Assembly: GCF_001194135.2 (NCBI RefSeq)
Contig: NC_068983.1
Span: forward strand, 74,055,763-74,119,762
From: Octopus bimaculoides
Taxonomy: Eukaryota
DNA: 64,000 bases
Direction of reading: 5' to 3'
How positions within the stretch are numbered: the stretch's first letter is position 1; each line of letters begins with the position of its first letter. Of this stretch, positions 27,898 through 38,934 are shown in pieces. A model generated the notes under the pieces. That model was not told the origin of the DNA and made no database searches. It saw only the letters and a list, made by a program, of their open reading frames with translations. The position numbers were made by a program, and so were the translations under genes.

Positions 27898-28930
27898 GAT
27901 CGCTAATATAGATGCATAATAGTTATTAATGTCAAATTGTAAGAATGACAAATTGGTTTTATTTGGTAGTAAATGGAGCCAAGTTATTACTTCCTCTGTA
28001 CTGAACCAATGGTTACAATTGAGTTTTTTTTCTTTACTATAGGTATAACTCTGTCTAAAATATTTTTTCTGATCTTCCTGAGGTCTGATTTAGTCGGACA
28101 AATTAATATTATAGTAGGATTAATATTAAAATCCAATTTGTGGCCCTTCACATTAAAATGTGTATTTGGAGTGTATATTTCCGCGCGGTTTTAACATCCA
28201 ATTTATGCACAATTATACATTGTTCTTTGTGTCATTTCTAAATGTGACGGGTTAGTAATTTTGCATGATTTACGTATTTCATTATGTATAAAATCTTGGT
28301 ATTGAGTTGGGGTTATAGAATATAAATTTCCAGTTTTATCAGAGAAGACGTGTATATTTGGTGGCTTAATAATTTGACTATTTTAGCTAGATTCTTTTGA
28401 TATTTGGAAGAAAATGTTGAGAATTTTATGGATTTTGCCATTTCTAATATTGCGTTTTCAAAGTCAATTAATAGTGGATTATATGGTGGATTTTTATAAG
28501 ATTTGAGTCTGTAGTTATTATTACTTTGGTCTTTTACAGTTTCTTTGTTAGCATAAAAGAATGCCTTCCATCTCATTCTTTTTATTAAGTCGTTGGTTTT
28601 CTGAAGTGAGGATAATAAGTATGTGTCCTTAGGAGGAATCTGTATATCTTTAAGTGATATTCCAAGATATTGCTTTTCCATGCTTAAAAAATCCAGTATT
28701 AAGTGCTCTTTATATATAAAGCTCTATATATATATCTTTAATTAAATATTTTCTATGGGAATATGATATACTGAATTTGAAATGAGTGCTCTTTGTATAG
28801 AAGTGTCAAAGTATTAATATTATTAAAGTATTTAGACATTTAATACGAGCGATTATATATAATATAGTGAAATAATAGGAAAATCAATATAAAAAAAATT
28901 TTCAAAGATATATATGTAAAATAATATTGT

Positions 28931-28969
<39 letters not shown>

Positions 28970-29018
28970 CATATGTAAATATATAAAGTGTGACGGTTTA
29001 AAAGTTTAAGTATTTAAC

Positions 29019-29110
29019 GCATCCTACGATCGTTTCGCTAATATTGCCTTTATAATGGAATCCAAGATTGATAGACATTGATAGGCAATAGTTCCGCTCA
29101 TCAGTGATGG
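29019..29110 (-). ncRNA. Hammerhead ribozyme (type I, minimal stem III) upstream of the Penelope ORF
   Basis: - strand: CCATCA CTGATGA GC-GGAAC-TATTGCC [35 nt] GGCAATA-TTA-GC GAAAC GATC GTA| GGATGC; one A.G mismatch at the base of stem I. Confidence 0.75.
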
Positions 29111-29426
29111 AGAGGGCGAAATTTGTATAATTAATCGAATGTTATTTTAAAAATATGAAAGAATATAGGAAAGGGTGCTTTTTTTTTTTTTTTATAAATT
29201 AAAAGTTACTGTCTTTGATTTGCGTAGATACACTTTTGTACAAAAATTATGGAGTCTGTATATGTATTCTTGGTAAATCTTCCGCAGTAATCCATAATAA
29301 TTTTGTGCTGTATGTATCCAGTATTTTAACTTGCATTCCATATGTGATTCATAAATGTAGAAAAGTGTAAAGTATACATAGATGTATAAAGTAGTCAAAC
29401 TATTGAGTTTTATATTTGTAGAACTG

Positions 29427-31400
29427 GCTAGGGTTTCCTTGCGGATTTGGCTGTAGTGTCTTTCTGAAGACGTGAGTCTTGGATATATTGGCAATTGGAC
29501 ACTCGCTTCCGTCTGGATAACGATGAAACGAGACCGCTCTAATTCCAACGTTGGACGTATCGCAAACCAGTCTTAAAGGCTTATCTGGATCGAAATGTAC
29601 AAGGAGTTGATCTGAGGGTAAGCTTTTCAACTGTTCAGACGCTACTTGTTCCTCATCTTCCCACTTCCAGTGAGTTGCCTTCTTGGTTAAGAGATAAAAT
29701 GGTCCGGCCGTAGTGACCAGGTTTGGGATGAACTTCCTGTAGAACTGAACTGAACCCAAGAAAAACTTTAAGCTTGAGACGTCTGGAGGAAGTGGCATCA
29801 TCATGACTGCTTCGAGCTAAGATCCCTTCGCAAATCCTTCGGCCGATAAGGTGTGGCCAAGATATTCCATACTGAGTTGTGGGAATAGGCACTTTTCACG
29901 ACAGAATTTGTCCTTTGTCGTTCAGACGTGAGAGCAAAAGCCTCAGGTTGCTCAAGTGGTCATTGGCACCTTGCCTGCTGACAAGCATATCGTCTTGGCA
30001 ACTCCGGACAGATCACTGGTTAGGATCTCCATGGACTCTTGGACGTTACCAGGCGCTGAGTTGATTCCAAATGGGAGTCGTTGCTGTAGGAGTATTCCAT
30101 AGTGACTGCTGAGGGCTAGCCTTCGTTGACTCTCTGGTGCCAGCTTGATCTGGTTGTAGGCATCAACAAGGTCAATCTTCGTGTAACTTTCCAGCTTCTG
30201 CATCACTTCCTCTAGGGGTGGCATTGGATGACGGTGTCCTCTAGTTGATCGTTGATACTGCGTAGTCACCACAAATTCAAAATTTGGGCTTCGGGGTGCC
30301 CGCACTATGTTCCGGGCGTTCCATATTCGTTGAACTGGACTTACTTCAAGACTCCTTTGGCGATAACTTATTCGTAACCTTTGATCAGGTTATCACGAAG
30401 AGCGATCGGAACCGGTCGTGCTTTGTGAAAAACCGGCTTCGCCTCAGACTTGAACTTCACTTCCAGTTTGAAATCCTTAAGACATCCCAACTCTTCTTTG
30501 AAAAGATCTGGGAACTCGTCACAGAGATTGTGGAAATGTCATTGCAGGGAAGCATAAGGCTCGTTAGAGGTCTTAGGATGCGATGTTCTTGCACTCTCAC
30601 TTTTGTCTTGACTCTATGCATCTCAGTCCAAAAGCATTGACCGCAGAGATTCCCAGTGTTTGGATAGTGTTTCGCCTCAGCAAGTTCAGGTCAGGGATCT
30701 TGGTGACTATGTAAGGAACTGAGCTTTGCTTACCAGTCATTGAATCCTTGGTTTAGCCTGGTCCTGGAACCGTGAACAGTTTCCTTGACAACCTTCACCG
30801 CATCTTCGGTATCGATCGCGACTTGGACAGCACGGGCAAAGTCCAGCTCTGTGTCCTTGATCTTGAAAAGAGCCTTCAAGACAGCTTCATTGTTGACAGA
30901 ACATATGAATCTCTAAGAACTTCATCTTGAAGGTCTGTGATCGCAGGAAAGTCACAGGTAGCAGTGTCTTGACGTATACGCGCTGCCAGCTCCTGGGGAA
31001 TTTCAACTAGCTTCCGTTGCATGTCACTCCAGAACTTGAAACATTCTCGCACAATGAAGCGTTTTGGGTTGAATTGTTCTTTCTTAAAGTTAATTTCCTC
31101 CATCGTCACCTCGTTAATATCCGCGGGCGGACTCTGTTGAGTAGCCAGATTCACCAGTTGTTTATAAATAGTAGCGGTTTGATTCATCAAGAAAACTTGA
31201 GCCTTGTGCTGGTCAGGCATGGCATTAACCACAACAAATGTGCAAAATCTTGACCAGTAATGAGGCTACAGTTTTGATGTTGAATCAAAATGGTGGGATA
31301 GCAGTTGAGGAAGTTGGAAGACGGAAACTTGGACTGAAATCCTTTTTAGAAATTTGAACTTGAATCAGCCTTCTCAAAGCTTCCATGTCTTTTCTATGCT
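29427..31400 (-). mobile_element. Ty3/Gypsy LTR-retrotransposon relic (gag, RT, RNase H fragments)
   Basis: YTKIDLVDAYNQI..LPFGINSAPG (29952-30305); FLGSVQFYRKFIPNL (29400-29804); YSQIRKETLA; gag-like 30876-31232. Confidence 0.88.
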
Positions 31401-31762
31401 GTTGCGCCTGTACCGCCATTTATTCCCTCTGAAGGTGTTGTATGAGCAACTTTATTAGTTCACTAGTTTGTTCTGCCATTGTTGTCAAGGTAAAAATAGG
31501 TTACAGTAAAACTCTATATTACATAAAATAACGTATATTCCGTAAAACTTTTGACAAAACAATAATTTAACTGATACTAGAAATACAGGAAGACAGAAGC
31601 TTATGTGCAAAACTGGTTGTTTACCTTTCAAGGATCGTCTTTCTTATCCTATCGGCGACGCCACTTTGCTGTGCTTCTGTCGTTCACTCGCAAAGAAGAT
31701 AACAGTGATATTCCAGATAGGTTTTGTTATGTTTTAATACAGACTTATGCACGTGAAAACTC

Positions 31763-32029
31763 TTTTTCTTTATTGCCCACAAGGGGCCAACACAAAGACA
31801 TGTGGGGATACATAACAAATAAAAGAAGCTTCTTTCATTCCTGTTGGCCCACGAAGTGTCCGACTGCTCAGAATCTGACGAGCTGATTTCTTCCATTTTT
31901 CACTTGGCTTACCCTCCTCTATGCGGAGGGAAAGCACAACTAGCCTGCCCCAAGGTAGCAAAAGCAAAAGCGTTCAAAGAACACAACAATTTAAACAATG
32001 ATAAACTCAACAGCAACTTTAACAATATC
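31763..32029 (-). mobile_element. Unit 9: 267-bp mini-element (leader + first ORF1 codons + terminal tail) with 13-nt TSD
   Basis: MEEISSSDSEQ start fused to tail; CACGTGAAAACTC at 31750-31762 and 32030-32042. Confidence 0.8.
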
Positions 32030-32069
32030 CACGTGAAAACTCGTCCAGCAATAAATGAGTGAACATCGA

Positions 32070-33962
32070 TTTTTTATTACCTATAAAAGGCTAGACTTAG
32101 ATGCTCTTCGACAAATACAATACAAAACGCGACAAAACATAAACTAGGGGAACTAAAAATTAACAAAAAGTGGATAAGATTAGAAGAAAAAATTAAAAGA
32201 AACGAATGATATAATGAAAGAATGAAAAGAGGCGCAATGCCCACTCAACCCCCGAAGTTGAGTGGTTACATTTTCACAGTCTTTTCTCTTTTTCTTTTTA
32301 AAGTCTACATATATTTTTCAGTCATTTTTTTTCTTTCCCCTTTTTTTTTCCAAGTTCATATTAGTATTGAAAATTCTTTTACCTTTATTTTTCCACATCT
32401 TTCTTATATATATATATTTATATATATATATATATATATATAAATGTATATATATTTTCACAGTCACTTTTTCCTTTCCTTTTTTTTTTTCCAAGTTCAT
32501 ATTAGTATTGAAAGTTCTCTTACCCACGCTTTCCAACCTCTCGTATTCCACTACAGAAAGTGTATCATCATCCAACCAGTACTCCTTTATCCATATACCG
32601 CTCTCATCCATCTCAAATCCTTCTCTCGGCAGCTTCACTTTCACCAGTCCCTTCCATTTAGCTATCCTTTTCTCTGTGTCCACATTCTTCCTATATATTG
32701 CCAGGTAAGCCTTATTTTTGTACTCTTCTATTGTTTTTTTGCGTATTTTTAACTTCGGTTCGTTCCTTTCCTTTGACTTTTTGTTTTCTGTTGGATACTC
32801 TCTTGTCTTTACTTTTTCCCTTCTTTTGGGGCTGATAAAGCCGTAACCCCGCTCTTTCACATCCTTCTCCTTTACGTCGCTGTCGCGCTCAGCATCACTT
32901 CCATCCTCACTCGTTTCAATTTTACTTCCATCTCCTTTTGTTTTTTTTTTTTGTTCCTCTTTTTCACTCTGGATAAATTCCAGCAAGGGGCACTGAGCCT
33001 TCATATGGCTCCGTGATCCGCAGATATAACAGTTAGGGCGTCTTACTTCTACCACTATATTCAGCATTCCACCTTCCTTAATCTCAATCTGGTAGGGGAT
33101 TCGCTCTGTCTTCGAATGTGTGGCCTGTATTATTATTTCGAGGCCTTGGCCCCATCAATTTTGTTGCAGCTTCGTGACCTGCAGTGTGGAAACGCTACTT
33201 TCCAAATCCAGCAAGACGGCGGTCACGAGCCACACCACGTCAATTTCTGGTGGGACTGCCTCAATTTTTATTTTAGATGTGCGTTTACCTATATAAGTGG
33301 GCAGTAGCATCAGTTCGTTGGTTTTCAAAGGCACTGTGGAGTGTTCTGCTTCTTTTTCGGAAGCTAACCTTTCGTCCAAAGTGCAGTATTTTTTCCCTCT
33401 TACTACGTATTTGGTATTGTCCTAAATGGGTTGCAGGAATTTTTCTATGGTTTCCTTTGGCATATGTTCAACTTTTTTCGTTATAAGTGAAAGTGTTTTA
33501 AATATTATTGTTTTACTGGCGTATTCCCTTCACGCTTTTCTACGCCTTTGTTTTTCGAGGTCAAGTTGGTTAAATTTTAGGTTTTCTGGTTTATAGTTTA
33601 CACCGACGCGAACCCGCGTCAGTTTGGTTTGCTCGATTCATTTTCTTTGTCAGTAAATTCTTGTTCATTGTACATTTGGGTGTCCTTCTTAGCGTTTACC
33701 GTATATATTTGTTTTTTTTTCTGTGTTCACTTCCTCCTGTTCGCGACAGTGAATAGCTGGAAACATTTCTTGGTACATCTCATTAAGTTTGCTGATATGG
33801 GGGGGGGGGGCGCTGTTTGTGTTTTGGCTGGAACCCATAGTTTTAAAAATGTGTAAATAAATTACACAAGAAGTTTCAAAAAAGTTCAATTCGCCCATTA
33901 ATAGGAGAATTTCTAGACTCGATACTTTCCCTGTTAAGCAGTTTCAGAGCTCGATAATACAT
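32070..33962 (-). pseudogene. Unit 10: ORF1-only element with tail
   Basis: ORFs 33155-33379 and 32318-33067 (CYICGSRSHMKAQC); tail 32070-32270. Confidence 0.88.
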
Positions 33963-33963
33963 A

Positions 33964-35210
33964 TTTCTTTATTGGCCACTGAGGGTCCAACATAGAAGGG
34001 ACAGCACAACGTGGAGACATAAAACATAGATAAATAAATGAGGATGAAATGGCTACTGAACTCCACTTACAGTAGTACCATTTGACTGCTTTTTTCATTG
34101 TGCACCCTTTTACTATAAAAACAAATACTTACCATATTCCACCACTGGAGGTAGAGTGTCAAATTTCACCCCCGGACCTAGTGGGTCTATTTTTTTTCCT
34201 AAATGTTTCTTTTAATTTTTTAAAGTTTTCTGTGTCAACAATGACACATTTCATGTCTGATGGGTACTCCTCTTCTGATACTTTAACTTTTATTGCTGTT
34301 TTTATTTTATTTATCAATGGTCGAGCTCTTCATATAGGTCATAATATATGTCCTGTTTCTATGCTCGGCCAGAGAGGTTTGTCGATTAAGTATGTCTGTT
34401 TGTGTGTGGAGGCGCAATGGCCCAGTGGTTAGGGCAGCGGACTCGCGGTCATAGGATCATGGTTTCGATTCCCAGACCGGGCGTTGTGAGTATTTATTGA
34501 GCGAAAACACCTAAAGCTCCACGAGGCTCCGGCAGGGGATGGTGGCGAACCCTGCTGTACTCTTTCACCACAACATTCTCTCACTCTTTCTTCCTGTTTC
34601 TGTTGTGCCTGTAATTCAAAGGGTCAGCCTTGTTACACTGTGTCACGACGCTGAATATCCCCGAGAACTACGTTAAGGGTACACGTGTCTGTGGAGTGCT
34701 CAGCTACTTGCACGTTAATTTCACGAGCAGACTGTTCCGTTGATCGGATCAACTGGAACCCTCGACGTCGTAAGCGACTGAGTGCCAGCAACATCGTCTG
34801 TTTGTGTGCCTGTATACATATTGAGAGAAGCTGGGTTGTTTGCAGTGATGGTTTCTTTTTCTGGGGTGTCTGCAGAGGTGAGGTGGGTGTGCTGTCTGTC
34901 TGTGTTTTCTGCGTGTTGAGTAATGTGTGTTGTTCGATTTCCTCCTTTTTTTTTGTTTTTGATTTTTTTGGGGGTGGTAGGAGTGGGGGTGAGTTTTCTT
35001 ACTCCTTCCTCTTCCTGCTTGGAACTTCCTGGAATTCTTCGACTGTGTGTGTTTTGTTCCTGTGTTTTCGATGTCGTTGTTCTTCTCATTTTGGTTTTCC
35101 TCTTCCGGCATTTGGTTATTAATCTCGGGGCAATTCGCTTTTATATGTCCCCTACTCCTACAGTGGTAGCAGGTGGGACGTCTCCCCTCTATTACCACTC
35201 GTTGATTTAC
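33964..35210 (-). pseudogene. Unit 11: 5'-truncated ORF1 element interrupted by a SINE
   Basis: VIEGRRPTCYHCRSRGHIKANC (34749-35198); C-terminal remnant 34085-34330; tail 33964-34083. Confidence 0.8.
34408..34796 (+). mobile_element. tRNA-derived SINE family A inside unit 11
   Basis: Near-identical to 3829-4206; direct repeat GTCTGTTTGTGTG on both sides. Confidence 0.9.
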
Positions 35211-35720
35211 ATCTAATAGCTAATGGATGATTTGTTTTTAATCACATGATACAAGTTAGTTTATGAGTATTGCTTAGATTAGCTATATTTATCAGTCTGC
35301 ACGGGGATGAATTGCTTAGATCTACTGTGCTATACAGGAGGTTATTCATATTATTCATGAATTCAGATTTTTCGCAATGTTTAGGCGCTAACCTGTCTGA
35401 GCAAGCTTAAATGTGTTTTCCCTATTAAAACAATGGCGGAAAAAGCTAAAACCGATTAGATTTCACAACATATGGACAAGTACGAGGCACACGATTTTTA
35501 TAACATGTGTGCTGTTATAGTTTAATATGAAGGGAAACAACTCAATAAACATGTTTGCAAGGGAAGTAACTCTTTAAAATGCTTGCATGAGTGACGGCTA
35601 AAACCCTCAAGGCAAGGAGACATTAAAATACGCACACACATACATAGGTGTATAGTTATATACACATGCATGTATACACACATAGGTACGTCACATCTGC
35701 GCGTGCGTGCGCACACACAC

Positions 35721-35766
<46 letters not shown>

Positions 35767-35896
35767 TATAGTAAAAATAGATACATAAATGTGGAAAACC
35801 ACAGGAACAATACTATATGTCCAACGCAAGATATATGTGTGTGTGTGTGTGTGTGTGCTCAATTCCTTCAAGAGTCAATAAATAAATTTATAGTTT

Positions 35897-37650
35897 TCAG
35901 TCTCTAAAGTGTCTAAAAGGTACGGTAAAAAGACAGGCAAATACAGAAAGCAAATATTGATTCTGTAAACCACATGTATTGAGTACATAAATTGCGACCA
36001 ACCTGACTGTCTTACCACGACTGAATGTCAAATCCAGGACGACCAGCTTGCCTCCTGGATCAATAAAAATAGACTTTACCTCAGGAACCCGGTCTCTTTT
36101 TAGTAAGACCAACACCCCACCCCACCTCCCGGCCGACATGGAGAGACGTATCTCTCGTAGCCGTTCAAGAGGGGGAGCAGATCTCTTGGCCTGCTTATCC
36201 GGGCTTCTGTGCTGAGTACGTTAAACATTTTCATAGTTGTTTTATAAACCGCTTTTCCTTTTTTAAATTCTATTCTTTTCATTTTTTCTTTATCAATAGT
36301 TGCTAGATGGTTCATTAGATCTCTATTTGAGGTTCGCACCACCATATAAACACTGTCTTTTACTTTTGATTCACATTTTTTTTTTCTTTTTGCTTTTCTT
36401 TCGTTGGGGAGGGTTGTTTTCTTTTGTTGGACACAATAGTCCAACCCTCTCCAACCTTTTCCACTGGCACCGGTGTTTGCTCCTGTTTCTCTTCCACCAT
36501 CTCTGGATTCTTTTCCTCTTCTTCTGTTTCCTTCCTTTTTTTTCTCCATTTTTCTTCCCTTTTTCTCCAGTTTCCTTCTTTTTTCCTTCTGTATCCTCCT
36601 GGTGGTTAGTCTTTCCTTCCTCCGTCTTCTGGTTGCAGTTCGCCCTGAGGTGACCCTTCTTGCCACACTGGAAGCAACGAGGTTTGCGGCCTTCCACTGA
36701 TACGACTAGTCGTGTGCCGCCAACCTCAAAGCTTTCAATTATTTCTTTCAGTGTGGCCTGTTCTGCTTGAATAGTCATTTTTAGGGCCTGGCCGAATCTC
36801 AGTTTTGGTTCAATCACAATTGCGTCTAGAATTGTGATCTTGTCCTCCAGGCCCATTGTCGTTGCAACGACTAACCACTCTGGGTCAACTTCAGGGGGAA
36901 TGTTTTGAATTGTTATTTGTGATGTTCTCCTACCCATGTACAGTGGTAGGAGAACCACATTTTCCGTTTCCAGAGGCTCCACAGCATGGAGTCGGGCAGC
37001 TTCCTCTGACTCCATTCTCACCTCTACCGTAGCATAACGCTTGCCTCTAGTTATGTATGTAATTTTTTTCAGTAATGTTTTTAGGCACTTTCCGACCTCA
37101 GCCTCTGAGACGTATTCTATTTTTTTCCCTTTTTTGCTATAGGTTTTGAATATTGTTGTTTGTTTCTGTGTTCTTTCTATAAAGCTTTGGGGAGGGGTTC
37201 TAACAACACCATGACCTTCCCTCTTCATCATATGTTTATGCCTCTCGGCATTACCGACGTTTACCGTTCTTTGCCTGTCGCCAGCGACTGCTGCAAAATC
37301 AGACCTTTTCCCTGATTCTTCATTGTCCTTTGCTACTTTCAGACTTCCTGCTTCGTTATTATTCCTTTTCGCCAATGCTGGTCAATCTTTTTCAATCAAC
37401 TGTTCTTCACATATTTTTTCCATTTCATGTGCAGGACTGACTCTTCCTGCTTCGGCCATCGTGCAGGCCTCCCTACACGGGGAAACCATTGCTGGTTTCA
37501 CCAACTGTGACAAAGAGATTTCTTCGCTTTCTTTCAAAATTTAACAATTAAAGTTTTACAGCACAAAAACAAACAAAATTCAAAAAATATTCCACTTGTA
37601 CGTTAAAGATCACACTATCCAAAAAACGTCCACTGCAAACACCTTACATC
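35897..37650 (-). mobile_element. Unit 12: bicistronic Tx1/L1-type element, ORF1 plus start of APE, 3'-truncated
   Basis: ORF1 36371-37375; APE fragment GGVLVLL..FIDPGGKLVVLDL..VRLVAIY (35897-36170). Confidence 0.85.
36371..37375 (-). CDS. ORF1p (RRM-like x2 + CCHC knuckle), 334 aa open through the knuckle
   Basis: YITRGKRYATVEVRM, LLPLYMGRR, CFQCGKKGHLRANC. Confidence 0.85.
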   Translation of the reverse strand: MAKRNNNEAGSLKVAKDNEESGKRSDFAAVAGDRQRTVNVGNAERHKHMMKREGHGVVRTPPQSFIERTQKQTTIFKTYSKKGKKIEYVSEAEVGKCLKTLLKKITYITRGKRYATVEVRMESEEAARLHAVEPLETENVVLLPLYMGRRTSQITIQNIPPEVDPEWLVVATTMGLEDKITILDAIVIEPKLRFGQALKMTIQAEQATLKEIIESFEVGGTRLVVSVEGRKPRCFQCGKKGHLRANCNQKTEEGKTNHQEDTEGKKKETGEKGKKNGEKKGRKQKKRKRIQRWWKRNRSKHRCQWKRLERVGLLCPTKENNPPQRKKSKKKKKM

Positions 37651-38934
37651 AAAATTTTTTATTACCCACAAGGGGCGACATAGAGGGGACNNNNNNNNNN
37701 NNNNNNNNNNNNNNNNNNNNNNNNNNNNNNNNNNNNNNNNNNNNNNNNNNNNNNNNNNNNNNNNNNNNNNNNNNNNNNNNNNNNNNNNNNNNNNNNNNNN
37801 NNNNNNNNNNNNNNNNNNNNNNNNNNNNNNNNNNNNNNNNNNNNNNNNNNNNNNNNNNNNNNNNNNNNNNNNNNNNNNNNNNNNNNNNNNNNNNNNNNNN
37901 NNNNNNNNNNNNNNNNNNNNNNNNNNNNNNNNNNNNNNNNNNNNNNNNNNNNNNNNNNNNNNNNNNNNNNNNNNNNNNNNNNNNNNNNNNNNNNNNNNNN
38001 NNNNNNNNNNNNNNNNNNNNNNNNNNNNNNNNNNNNNNNNNNNNNNNNNNNNNNNNNNNNNNNNNNNNNNNNNNNNNNNNNNNNNNNNNNNNNNNNNNNN
38101 NNNNNNNNNNNNNNNNNNNNNNNNNNNNNNNNNNNNNNNNNNNNNNNNNNNNNNNNNNNNNNNNNNNNNNNNNNNNNNNNNNNNNNNNNNNNNNNNNNNN
38201 NNNNNNNNNNNNNNNNNNNNNNNNNNNNNNNNNNNNNNNNNNNNNNNNNNATGTCGGAGGGACGGCGCAACCATGTCTTGCGAGTTTGTCCCGAACAGGT
38301 AAGGCCCCTCGGTAACACTGCCATGCCAGAGACTTCTGAAAATTATCCAGGGTCTTCGGCCCGAATGTACGTCGGAATAGACTGGGCAGCTGATTTTCGT
38401 CGAGACCTGGGGTTTCCCCTAAAGTGTCATCACATTTCGCCTCTACAAGCCCTCTATAGAAGAATGCGGTGGAACCCCCACCGCAGGCATTGCACAAGCA
38501 ACGGAATAGCAGGAGTGCCTTGCGGCACTCCGTGTACCATGTACCCAACTTCGATCTTCGATTCAACCAGGTTTCCTATCCACTGAAACTATTGAACTTG
38601 GGAAACATCTGCTTCGCCAGCGGAGACCACACCTGTTCACCATCCAGGTAGAACCAAAGATGCCTCAACCTCAGCGCATGTCTGCGCATCAACAGCCAAG
38701 GCATCCAAAGTCCACTTTTTAACGGTTCTTGGCAGCAAATAGAGCGTCTCACAAGCGGTTTCGATCACTTCCACAAAAAGCGGAAAAGCTGTCTTTCCAG
38801 CTTGATCAACCACGAATCAGGGCAAGGAACGACGGTTAGGCGGTAGGTGATGACCGATGCGATGAACACATTGGTTACCTCCGCCCTCCCTTTCAGGGAT
38901 AGCCACCGCCAAGACCAGGTCTTGACTATGTGGG

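Larger units (their letters stand above)
24560..29150 (-). mobile_element. Penelope-like element (RT + GIY-YIG), degraded
   Basis: N-terminal LKDIQIPPKDTY..KRMRWKAFFY (28313-28681); NFLDVTLD and YSPFHKPNEY..IN.NSNH (~26215-26305); FPSNHKYHHIFNRSSIKISFS (25399-25740); CSCKNKELCPLEGKC..VIYK GIY-YIG region (24963-25334). Confidence 0.9.

Noticed and set aside
20518-29427. Literal CRISPR array or integron (repeat-cassette-repeat, hairpin per cassette)
   Set aside because: Eukaryotic context, no cas or integrase genes, and poly(A)-like tails with variable-length TSD-like repeats fit target-primed reverse transcription; kept only as an analogy.
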